A DNA stretch of 64,000 bases, taken from contig JALJEE010000907.1 of assembly GCA_023231475.1 (NCBI GenBank), positions 1 through 64,000 on the forward strand. The letters run 5' to 3'. A model generated the notes under the pieces. The model searched no databases, was not told where the DNA came from, and worked only from the letters and a program-made list of their open reading frames with translations. Origin of the DNA: Seison nebaliae (Eukaryota). The translations under genes and the position numbers were made by a program. Shown here piece after piece: positions 24,742-37,075 of the stretch (positions are counted from its first letter, which is position 1; the number at the start of each line of letters is the position of its first letter).

Positions 24742-27700
24742 TCAAGTGATTAATTCGTCAATGTTCTCCTTTAACTTCTTAAACTGTTCACGTTCATCAG
24801 CATCAATATCTTCTTCCGTTTTTCTTGTTAGATTGAGATGATCGATCAATTTTCTCTCATCATTATTACCATAATCATCAGTGAGTGATCGTTTCTTATT
24901 ATTTGACTGATAAAGAATATCTTCTTTTTCTTCTTCTTCTTCTTCTTTTTCTTCTTCTTTCCTTTTCTTCTTTTTTAAATCGATACGTAAATTATTCTTT
25001 TTTTCTTTCTTCTCCAAATGTCTCGACGTTCTCTGCTGATAAATGTGACCGGTTGTATTCCAATCTTCGTCACTATCCTCCTCCTCATCATCCAACACAT
25101 TATTGTCATTCTCTTCAATTATCTCCAATTCTTCACCAGAATCTGTATTTTGTGATAATGGAATGAAATCTTTTCGATTTATTCGATTCTTTTGAGAGAA
25201 TCGAACGTGCAAATTCTTATGTTTTTTCGATAAAAAATTACTCGTTTTCTTCAATCCCTTCCGAATCTCTCGTCGAACATTTAACATTTTCTTCCTCTTA
25301 CCAATTCCCATACCATTTCTGGTATCATCATCATCATCAACATCATCATCATCATCATCATCATTCTCATCAATATCATCATCATCAAATCGTCTCAATA
25401 AATTAGAGCGACGATAATCATAATTATCCGAATCATCCTCATTCTTCTGACGATAATTTGTTGAAGGATTTTTTAAAAATTTCTTCGTTCGATACCAGCA
25501 CAATCGACGTCGTTGTTTCGTTCGTACGATAATGGCAATGAAGACGATAGTGAGAACGGGAATGGCCAATAACGACATGATAATGAGTGAAGTATGAAAA
25601 TACCGTTTGTCAGGATCGAAAGCATGTTTCAAATAATTTAAGACGTTTGATGAATCGGAAACTTCTTTGATTTGATCCGTGTCATTTAATGGTCGATTCC
25701 ATAATTCAAATTTGAAATTTTTCAATGACATTCTCTTATTGAGTTGACCGATGAAAATGTCGAAAAGATCTAAATGGAATTCAGTTCCATCTACTTCGTT
25801 ATCGGTAATAAATTGTTGATAATTGATCTGATTAAATTGAACTGTTAAACAATGAGTGTTTGAGAGAGATGTCAAAGTTTTATGCTCGATAATATGATTA
25901 TTATCACTGTCGATTATATAAAGATCTGATGATGTCAATGACTTGTCATTCGTCAAAATGAATAAGAGATTAATTGATAAATGGTCATCGATAAAGTTTA
26001 CAGTACGATTGGAGAGATATGTAGATAAGATGTCATCCGGACGATTTGATTGAAGCCATTTGGGTCGGACCGATGTAGTGTGATGGAAAGGATAAAGTGA
26101 TGAGACTGAATAAACCGGTTGATGGTTTGGAGAAATGAATGTTCGAAGATGACGTTTCGATTCCGGATCGAAACATACAACGCGATTGTTCTCTCGATCG
26201 CCCACACAAATCGCAATGAAATAATGTGAAGGTTTTCCCAATTTCAAACGTAGCCAAGTGAGACTATGAGGCACGTCAAATTCGTCCGATTTAGGCTTGA
26301 GAAATTTTAATTTTTTCCTTTTGCCCCAATCCTCTATGAAATTACCATATTGATCATAATGAACGATTCGAGAATTACAATATCCATCAGAAATGTAAAT
26401 ATGGTCGTTTAATGGATCGACGAGAATATCAGTCGGTTGACAGAAACGATTCTTTCCAGAACCTGGAATACCCTTCTGACCGAAATAAAGGAATGGTTCA
26501 TTATGATTCGTCGATTGGAACATGATTATTTGATGTAATGCTACATCAGTAATCCAAACACGACAATGATGATCGACAAAGATACCATGTGGTAAGTAGA
26601 AAACGTTCGAAGCGAATACATCGATTATTCGATTCGTTTCACGATCCAATACGACAATTGTGGGATAATTGAGAATTGGAAATTTATTGAAATCAAATTC
26701 ATTCTTGAAATTGAACATATCCGTCGTCCATTCTCGTCGTCCTCGATGGAGGATATATAACTCGTTCGTATTACAGGGATTGATAGCGATATCTGTGATT
26801 TGTTCGATTTGATTCCATTGGGTTGAGGAATGTCGATAAATTTGAGAGGATAAATCATAAGATTGATCTGATTTTATTTTGAAATTGTCATTCGCTTTTA
26901 TTCGAATACTTTTCCATACCGTCTCATTTAACAATCGATGAATTACAGACTTTCTGGAAATTGATGATTGGAGAGCGTGATGGAATGCTGATTTGATCAA
27001 TTGATGATTTTCTGAAAATTCTTTCAATAAATAATAATTATTATTATTATATCAGAAATTATTTTACACACATATTCAAGTGACATCACAAAAAAAATTA
27101 CTAATAATAATTGTACGAAAATATTTAGACTATAAAAATTAGATTAGTAAAAATTAAGTTTGACTAAAAAAATACACAATTCTTTTGAATATTCTAATAA
27201 TGAGAATATATGAAATATACAAAGTAGTTTTTACAATTATTTTCCTTTAACGAAGAACAATTCACACAGACAATAGATGATAGAAAGAAGAGAAATTTTT
27301 GATTTATTACCAGAATCATTCTCATCAAATAATTTATTCTCATTGTTGTTAGGGAAAAGAAGTTGATTAATATTATTATTATTATTATTATTATTTTTAT
27401 TGTTGTCGTTATTGTTAGGTAGTTTAGTTTCTAAATAATTAAGGAATTGACTGACGAATTTCTCCTTAAATTCTTCCGATTTCATATCATCATTGAACGA
27501 TGTCTGTCCAGATGACGATGATAAAAATGATGATGGATCATCATACGATGATAATTTCCTCATGAAATTCCCGTGAAAATCATCGGACGAATGACGATCA
27601 TAATTATTATTATTGTTGTTGTTGTTGTTGTTAGTGAAAAATTTATTGAATGATAATTCAGTTTCATCGACAAGATCATTGTCAATATCGTCGGAATTGG

Positions 27701-29046
27701 ATCGGAAGTGGAATGAAGCATCTACATTATACCAGTGAGAGTGATGAGTGAGTGAAAATCGAATTGATGTTAGAAGTAGAGAAATAGAGAAAACTAACCG
27801 TTCGATCGTTGTTCTTCCAATGCTTTCAATATATCATTCATATTTAATTGGTCGGTGGGCAGATAATGTGGAACGTTCATATCAACTTGATGATGATGTT
27901 CGATATTTGGATTGTTTTTAAATAGAATTGGATATAAATTCCTCCCACAATATCGTGTTCGTTTATCGAACGCATCATCTTTCACTTTTTCCGAATCGAT
28001 ATAATACAAGAGATAAACGTTACACATCTCATCCTTATGATTTGGTCCTGCGTCAGTGAATGTGTCTCGATCAGATGTATATTCACATCGACCCATCAGA
28101 TAATCATTTCTTTTCAATCGTGCTTCATTCTTCGTATCACCATCACGAAATGAATTTGTCGATGAATTTCCATTGAATAAAGGGAGAAATGTTTGTGGTT
28201 GTTGTGGATCGGCATCGACCAATTTCCTCCATTCTTTACTTCGATATCGATAAGCTGTTACTCTTACACCTAATTGATGAGTGTGAACTCTCCCCGAAAA
28301 TATAGTCATATCATTTCCTTCATATTTACACGACATATCCACTGGAATATTATGTGCTCTTGGTGGAATGCGTATAATGGAAGCATATAATAAATACATT
28401 CCAGCTAAATATCGACGTCTAAAATAATTTGTATAAAAAATTGAAAAAAAAAATAAATTTCAACTTTTCCATCGAAACGGTTAATTGAATACCAGACGAA
28501 TCTTTTTTCACCATATTCTTATAATGAATATTGACGAGTAGATATTTTATTCTCGTATTATTTCCCACTTTAAAACCGACGTTATCTGGTAAATGAAATT
28601 CTTTCGTTTTTTGAGACCATCCAAATATCACATGTCTTCCATGACACACTTTATCATAATGACATTTCCTGAAAAAAGAGAATTATTGAAAAGAATTAAA
28701 ATAAAATTCCCAAGGATTTTTCGAACCAAGCCGTTTGATCAATATCGATCTTCTCACAACCATAAAGGAGAATATGATGAATCGCCTTCGTTTCAATTAT
28801 CGACTTGAAATCAGCTGTCAATAATAATTGATGAATAAAATGATAATTATTTTAATAACTGATATAAAATTGGAAATTTGGTAATTTCTGTTTGAGACAA
28901 ACATATTCATCTTTCTCATTTACATCAATTTGTGGCATTCTCATTTCCAACTTAATTGATTTGGACATTGACGTTTTTATGGATGAATGACCAATGCACA
29001 ATAACACAAACAACAACAATAAGAATAAGGAATTGTGTCCAATCAT
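24742..29046 (-). CDS. PAM: Bifunctional peptidylglycine alpha-amidating monooxygenase (signal peptide, PHM, linker, PAL, TM, cytosolic tail), about 6 exons
   Basis: PHM Cu ligands IHHILLYGC, NIHY, RVHTHQLG, DEMCN; PAL motifs LPHGI, FCQPTD, SDGYCNSRI, VPHSL, DRENNR; TM IIMSLLAIPVLTIVFIAIIV; domains join via introns 27722-27798 and 27021-27310. Confidence 0.92.
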
Positions 29047-29219
29047 CTTTTTTCACCGGATCATATTTCTATTCATCAATAAATTATTTCCAGATCATCA
29101 AACAACGACAAAGACAAGAGAATTCTGGAAGAAAAAATAAATGAAAATATGATGGAAATAAATTAAATTATTTTTTAAATAATTTCATTTCAATCAATGG
29201 AATTATTCCATCATTTGAA

Positions 29220-30077
29220 TTATTCGATTTTTGGTGGATGATCTCCACCGAAAAAACCGCCAAAAATATCGTCACAATCATCTTGATCAGAATCGCTATG
29301 ATCTGATATTGGATCATCATCCATTTCAACATCTGGTTGAGCTTGATCTCTTTCCTGATCAGATTCCTCATCATCATCATCAGAAAGACTGAAATCTAAT
29401 GAGGAGCCTTCACTCGATTGATAATTTGGTGAATGTTCATCACTTGGCGATTCGCCTTTCATTTTCTCATCATTTTTATCAGATTCTTCTCCTTTCTCAG
29501 GTGATGGTGTGGATATGGGAGATGGTGTTCTTTCCGTTAAAGTATAAGAAGAACTCCATGCCTTCAAATCAGATTTGATAAGTCGTTGAATTTCTTTCTC
29601 GATTTCTTGATAGTCGATCATATTCACTTTTTCAATCACTTTTCTAAATCGTCGAGATTTCACTTGTTTTAATGGTGGATTGATACCATGCGGATATTCA
29701 TAAAGTTGTTTTTTCGTTTTTTTCATTAACGTCGTCGTTCCATCATTTTGCATGTGACGGATAGCTGATTTAGCTTTCATAGTTTTCACTTTTGAATAAT
29801 GTTGAAGTTCGTTCGTCATCTCATCTTTCTCAATGAGCATTTGAGAAATATTTCCAGTTTTATGAAGCATTTTATTATCATTCGTTTTCATCACGTCAAT
29901 GATACAGGGCAAATCGACAATATTCAAATCGATCACATTCCCATTTAATGTCAAACGTCCTTCGAATTCATCCACCATCAATTTCAAATCGATTGGAATC
30001 TCTTCGTTCTTCTCAAATTTCTCATTCAGTTTATTTCCATCTTCTTCCGATAACCTCAAAAGAATCGTTTCTTCCAT
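29220..30077 (-). CDS. TAF7: TFIID subunit 7
   Basis: EETILLRL, IVDLPCIIDVMKTNDNKMLHKTGNISQML, YPHGINPPLKQVKSRRFRK, EIEKEIQRLI. Confidence 0.93.
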   Translation of the reverse strand: MEETILLRLSEEDGNKLNEKFEKNEEIPIDLKLMVDEFEGRLTLNGNVIDLNIVDLPCIIDVMKTNDNKMLHKTGNISQMLIEKDEMTNELQHYSKVKTMKAKSAIRHMQNDGTTTLMKKTKKQLYEYPHGINPPLKQVKSRRFRKVIEKVNMIDYQEIEKEIQRLIKSDLKAWSSSYTLTERTPSPISTPSPEKGEESDKNDEKMKGESPSDEHSPNYQSSEGSSLDFSLSDDDDEESDQERDQAQPDVEMDDDPISDHSDSDQDDCDDIFGGFFGGDHPPKIE

Positions 30078-32371
30078 TATCTAATTTCACCTAAAGAAAT
30101 TCAATAAAATTTCAATTTATTCTTAATATTTTTCATGTCCCTATTCCATCACAATTCCACCATTTCCTTCTTAATTAATTAATAGACGAAATTGACAATT
30201 TAATTTAATGGCTCATTTACATTCCATTCCAATGTATTCTCATCCATTCATTATTATTATGATCATCATCATTTCACTTGTTTCTCAAACGGACACTTCT
30301 CCAACGAGTACGTCGTAGACATATCATGAATAAATTTATCGGAATTCATTATAATTCCGTCACTTTCATTTAACATACCAATTTCTCATTATTTCTCTTC
30401 CTTCTCTTCATTCATCTCCAATTTTCATGCATTCTTCATGCACATAAATTTATTATGCACAAATGAAAATTACATAAGGGCTTCTTTATTCCAATATAAT
30501 CACCCAATAGAGAAGAGAGAGGAAGTTCAACTAATTATTTCCTTTTTGATGGAGTAGCGGAGGAGTCGCAATTGGTGGGCGAACCTTATTATGCAACTTC
30601 ATAGTTACTTATACATCAAATTATCACATGTCACCATTGTAACGAGGATTGTTCTCATATTTAAATATTTTTAAAAGCGATTCATTTCTTACCCAATTCT
30701 TAGAACTATCGATTTAGACAATTATAATAATATCCATAACAAAGTGAGTTTAGTTTAAAGAAAATACTAGTACAATTTATACTATTTACCCTAATGGATT
30801 ATATAATCATATCATGATTTAATTGAAATTGAAATAAATAATCTTTTCATAACATTTTATACTCACAACTATTGATTAGACATTTATTTTTACAATTTTT
30901 TACAAAAATTTCGTTCTATTCTAAAATTAATTCAACCGATTTGCATAGCTTTGACTTAAGCGCCAACTGTGATAGAAAATCAATTATCATTCTCATCAAT
31001 AATTTTTTATTTATCTTTCGAACACGAAGGGGGTTACTACTCCAATATTTTGCACAACAACCTTGCTTTTCCTTCTTAAGAATTGAGTATAGTTTATCTT
31101 TTTATTAATTAAATTAATTAATTTTCATTTTATTTAAATATTATTTGTTTAAAATTACTGTCGGAATAGAATAAGAAAAAGTGATTACAATTTCGGTTGT
31201 TCTCGGTATCAATGAAAACTAGGAACTCACGATCAATTGGTATATTTGATGTTAGAATATTAAATGTTTCAAATCATGAAGAGAAATATCACTTGACAGA
31301 CCAAAATATCTCACAATGCGAGCGAATATAGAACATGTGTAAAAAGGGTAAATGGGGGACGAAAAAGTAATGAATAAATTAGAATCGGTAACTTTAACAA
31401 TGAAAGAAAAAATAAGAAGATAAATGAGAATGGGAAGCACTAACAATGTAAGATGAGAAGTAAGACATTCACACTGGTGGAGAGAACGGTTGCATCAATC
31501 CGATTGGAATTCAGATCATCTTTCTAATAAGCCGATTGTATGACCCACTTATTGACTAGAATGAATGATGTGAACAGAGGAAAATCGTCTCCAAAGAGTG
31601 TATGGTGGTAATACTAAACCCTTGAGAAGTGAATGAATTCTTTTTTCATTGGTAGAAGTATATATACTATTTGGGGTAAACTATAGTCGTCAACATTTGA
31701 GGTAAACACTAATCTAAAATACTAACTAATGTTTTTCTTACTGATATTATTAACAATAGATCATTTCCTAAAGACGGTTTACTGAACGCTAATTAATTAT
31801 TTTGTTCGGTGTAAAATTAGTTTTTAATAAACAAAATGAACGACGAACAATTCGGAGATGAGCAATTTAGTTCTATCATATAGATTGGTAGATTGTATAT
31901 CGATTTTAATTAGTAAGAAAATAGTTCACCCTCCAGATTGTCTGTGTCCCAAAAAAGCATAATAAATAAGGGAAATTTGTTGACCTTTTCATCCAAGTTT
32001 TCTATTGCATTGAAGTACGTGTATTAATCCTGTTTGTTCGTTCCTTGTGGAGAATATGAGATAATTCAATATTTTCAAACAAAAACGATATGAAAAATAG
32101 AAATAAATTGATATTAAAATTTATTAAAATTAACAAATATTTAAAAAAAAATGATGAGAAAAATATAAATTTCATGAAGTTTCTTCTAAGAATTTTACTT
32201 CACAAAATCAAATACGAAATGTTTCTTATGAACGTTTATTTTTTTTTCTAATTTTATTTATTCATTTAATTAATTGACAATATTTAAGGACAAGAATTAA
32301 AAGGATCCTAGAAAAAAAGAAAAATTGTTAATTTTTATAAAGAGTTTTACCTCCATTCCATATATCCTATA

Positions 32372-33178
32372 TTAACTAGGGAAATCAAATTTGATTCTGA
32401 ATTTCATGAGAGTTGCATATTTCTTCATTGAAAAGATATATTCAACATATGGAACTTGACACGTTCCCCAAAATCCATATTTCCCATTGACCTTAAAAGA
32501 GTTGTTATGCATTGGTAATCTGGATTGAGTACAACCTATTAGAGACTTACTCAAAGGGAATCCTATTCCCTTGCTTCTTCCAAGTTTCGCCAAATATCCA
32601 CTTTTTTTGTTTCCAAAAGTACAATCAAAATGTTCAAAACAACCATCTCCAAAAGAATATGTAAAACAAATATTGACAGTCAACCGCCACAATTGACTCA
32701 TTTTGTGTAAGAATTTATTTCCCATAAAAAAATTATTTTGATTAATTCCAAAACCTGTCGAATATTCGTCAAATGTTTTCTCATGTTTATATGTTAATTT
32801 GGCAAATTTTATATATCCAATCTCTTTTGAATCCAAAGATCCAAATTTCTCATATTTCAATATTTCATCATAAATGAAATTATGTTCTATTCAAATATTA
32901 TGAACCCTGATGATTTTGGACATTGCAATAAAAGATTAACCTGAATCTAAAAAAAGATCTGTTTTTTTGTCGAATATTTCCAAATTTATATTGTATAAGT
33001 GATAAACTTTTCCAGATTGTGAATAAATTCCGAAACAATTCGGTTTCTCTGCACAAAGTCTTACTTGACAAATTATTTTCGAAGTTTCTATAGTTTGTTC
33101 CGTCTTTAAAATATATTTTGTTGCACTTGTTAAATGTAAGACAAATAGAATGATCTTTAGAAGACTCCGGACATTCAT
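32372..33178 (-). CDS. Secreted fibrinogen-related domain (FReD) protein with a small N-terminal Cys domain, 2 exons (intron 32887-32940)
   Basis: Signal peptide MNVRSLLKIILFVLHLTSA; KTFDEYSTGFGINQNNFFMGNKFLHKMS resembles FReD (W.EY..GFG....FWLGN..LH); GFW and C-terminal MKFR. Confidence 0.7.
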
Positions 33179-34276
33179 TTCTCTTGAAATTCTTTATATC
33201 AAAAAATAAACTTGATGAAAACTTTATCTACCCGAGAATAAAATTTGTTGTCGAAAAGTTAAAAACTGTTCTCAAACTAGTAACTAAGGAAAATGTACTG
33301 AATAGCTGAATTATAAAGTATATCTACATTTATCGGGCAAAAACAGCATGTCCAACTTTCACAGATTAAACATTTCGAATAACTATATGATAGGAATCGG
33401 AATCAGGTATAATTATAACTAACATAAACTGAGTTTACCAATAGCATAAAATTGTTAGTTTAACAATTACATAACTATAATTTACGAGTGAGATACAATG
33501 TTGAATAATCGATAACACGACATATGTGAATGTTATTTTTTTACTGAAGAGAACGACAAATGTATTTGAATTCAATGAAAATGCGAAATTAAATGAAAAC
33601 CTCAGTTATTTTAGTGGAACATAGAGATCTGATAATGGAATCATTATCATTAAAATGATGTCTTTAGAGTCTGATTCATGTTTTAATGATTATCTGAGTC
33701 TGATTGATACGAGTCTGATTATCCCATAAAGGTAAATGTTATAAACATTGATTTTTATTAATTATGGTTTTTCTATTGAATAAACTCTACACGTATTTTG
33801 ATAGGACTTAAAGATTTTTGGAGCACTATATAAAGAGAATGTGGATTAATATTAATGAAATTGAACAATTGGGAATCCAGAAAATGAATTAAAATGAATG
33901 ATAGAGAGAATATTTGGATGATTATTCTATTTGATTTGAGAAGTTGACGAAAGTTCCATATTTCCTTTAATATGATAATTCGTTGAAATTACAAAAGTTG
34001 AATAATTTGATTGATCAATTCCAACTATGTCATATTAGCATAATTTTGATTCATAAATAAAATTTTATTATTTTCAGCAAAAAAATAATTTTTTTGAACG
34101 TTATTAAGTAATGGAATTGATTTTAAATATTCTGCTTTTACTTCGATATTCACATGTGATGGCAATGCAATATGATGTATAATATTGTAAAAATGTTATC
34201 CACTTAGCATTTAACAATAATTGACCATTACCGATTAAAAATTACTCAAAGAATCGTTTTCTTATTAGATACATAC

Positions 34277-35157
34277 CCGAAGAAAATAGTACGACTAATA
34301 TTACGATTCCACCCAACAGTGTTATACCGATTGCTAATCCTTTTTTATCCGATATTTTTTTTATTTTGTTCGTTTTGGTTCCAGCTAATATCGCCTTGCT
34401 CGCAGTAGAAGTAGTGCTAGCAGAAGTGAGGTCAACTTCACTTGCTATTTAAAATAAAAACATAAAATTTGTAAAAATTTTCTTCTCAAAGTTAGTTGTA
34501 ATTACATTACAATAATATAATACAAACACATTACTTGACAAATTTAAAGTTCTTTATAATATAATTCCTATATAATGAAAGTTATATAATTCCTCAAAGT
34601 AAGAAAAAAGCCTTATGGACAATACGTTGGTTGTCTTAACTATTAATATTATTTTCTCATTATCATTCTTGGCAGCTTATTAATTAATAGGATAAACAAA
34701 TAACTGTTCGAGTTATAAGAACTAACTAGTAAAGTTATCGGTAATTACATCATTACTAATAGAAATATTTGTTACAATCTTATTTGTTGCAGATGTTTTG
34801 GATCTTGGTCTTGTCCAATTTATCATTGATGTTACAATATTGTTTGATTTCCGGTAAGCTGATGGTATTGTGTATAATTGTGAAAGTAGAATATGAATAG
34901 AATTTGGATGGAAATAAAGAAAACTAATCGCCCTCACATATACCGATGCAATACTTCACCTTTTTGATTTTTGCAACCTCCGTTATTTTCTTTTTAGCCT
35001 TATCACCATGGAATGTCGAGGTTAATCCAAACACAAGGAAATGATGAGGTTCGCCATTTTTTAAAATTTCATCATCATAATTATCGTAGACGACTTTAAT
35101 TTGAAATGGTAACATGTGAAACAAAATTCTTATTCTCTTCATCTGTAGACCGATCAT
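34277..35157 (-). CDS. Putative single-pass membrane protein with a Ser/Thr-rich stalk, multi-exon, boundaries uncertain
   Basis: Exon 34277-34445 (flanked by AATAG and GTATGT) encodes SEVDLTSASTTSTAS...GLAIGITLLGGIVILVVLFSS; upstream ORFs 34722-34937 and 34924-35157 can be joined by GT-AG introns. Confidence 0.45.
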
Positions 35158-35642
35158 TCTTATATATTGTATTGTATATGGTACAATTGATCAGTTCGGA
35201 CGACGCTCGATTGTGATGAGTCTTTCGTTGAGCATTTATAATATATTATAATAATTTTTTTGCAACTACTTTTAAATCAGATAAATCCGAAAGTTATTGT
35301 TTCACGTACGATGTACAGTGGGTGTGAGAAATTTTCGTTATATTTCCTATTTTGTGCCGATATCATTCAATTGACATTCTCAAATTTGCCGTCAGTTGAA
35401 GTTAAGTTCTAATTTGAACATTACTCTCCATTTGATTCACATAATACACAGAAACATTTAAAGAATTGTTTGAAAATATGTTGGAGCCATTGGAAAATTG
35501 AAATTTCCATATAGCAAAAATTGGGTTATTGTTTAAAAGCAGAATAGGTAACTTAAACAATTATTTTATTATTGACATGAGACGTAAGTATAGTAATTAA
35601 ATAATTGTTAGTCTTGATATCATCGGTTGGTAAGAATTTAAA

Positions 35643-37043
35643 ATGTCACAAATTGATCATTTAACAGGTACGTAGTTCGGTTTATAGTTAAACGATATTT
35701 TTTATTTTACATAGGTCTTTCCAAAGGAAAGAAACGTCGACCGGAAAACCTTCTTCCAAAAGATAATATAAAACTTACGAAACAAGATAAAGCCGATTTA
35801 TCTAATCAACGTACTCTCTTCTCTGGTTATCGAAAACATGATACGTTCGCTACACGTGAAGTTCGTAAAAATATTAAGAAGGAACTTGTTAGCAATTCGA
35901 CAATTTGGGTAATACTGTTCAACTATGTAGAATGTAAGACATTTAAAGTGGTCATTTTAGGATCAATCATATTTAATGTTCTTCTCATTCTCGCTCAATC
36001 ATTTGAGTCGATTAATACCAGATTCAACTACTACTTCCAATTGTTGAATGTGATTCTCTTAGTGATATTTACTTGGGAGATCATATTTAAATTACTTGTC
36101 CATCGTGTCCATTTCTTTTATCGAGATATACCACAAGATTCCTCCATCGAAAAAATGAATTTAGTCGATTTAACTGTTGCCATTATGAGTTTGGTGAGTT
36201 ACATTATCGAACAGTATCTTTCCATTTATCCACCTGTACAAACGGTACGTATTATTCGTATGTTTCGACTAATTAAAGCATTGAGATCAATCCGAGCATT
36301 GAAAATTGTGAAAACATTTAGATTCTTCTCGTCTCTCCAACAAGTTCTCACTACCCTCGTCACGTCACTCGACACATTATCAGGAATCATCATCACCATC
36401 AATCTAACCATTTATGTATATGCCATGTGTGGATATGAGATATTTCACGAAGCTGATCCAGAAAATTTCGGAACTTTATTCAAAACTTTCGTTACTCTAT
36501 TGAAAGTACTAACCGTTGATGATTGGATCATTATCTGGCGACGAAACCATTCGAATCCCGGTCTTATCTTTTATCTCATCACGTACATTTTCCTCGAATA
36601 TTTCATTCTACTCAATGTATTGGTGGCACTTCTCATCGACAATTTTTCAGGAACAGTCAAACAAATCGAAACAGAAAAGGAAATTAATCAAAATCGACAA
36701 ATTAGAAATTTGGAGGATCAAATACCATATTCTTTTAATCGTATTCGTAATATACAAGATCGGACAGTTTGTGAAGATGATTTATCACGAATTGGATTGA
36801 GAGTTAATTTTAAAATTCTCTTCTATTTTCAATCAAATTTCTTTCAAGACTGGTCGATTAAAAATGGACGAAGTCTTCCCTCATGTCCCTAAGAGAGAAC
36901 GAGATTTATTAAAGAAACACTTCAATTTGATGACGTCATTAGAATATTATCATGATCTATTCAAAAACATTCAATATCATATCACACATTCATTGATGAA
37001 TGTCAAATCGGATGAAGATGTCAGAAGTGCAATGGTATATTAA
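35643..37043 (+). CDS. CATSPER1: CatSper alpha subunit (CatSper1-like) single-domain 6TM Ca2+ channel, 3 exons (introns 35668-35714 and 36803-36848)
   Basis: S4 RIIRMFRLIKALRSIRALK; DPENFGTLFKTFVTLLKVLTVDDW pore (CatSper1 has TLDDW); S6 EYFILLNVLVALLIDNF; C-terminal KRERDLLKKHFNLMTSLE resembles the CatSper1 tail. Confidence 0.8.
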
Positions 37044-37075
37044 ATAAAGTTTTCTTTAAATCAATTTCGAAATTG

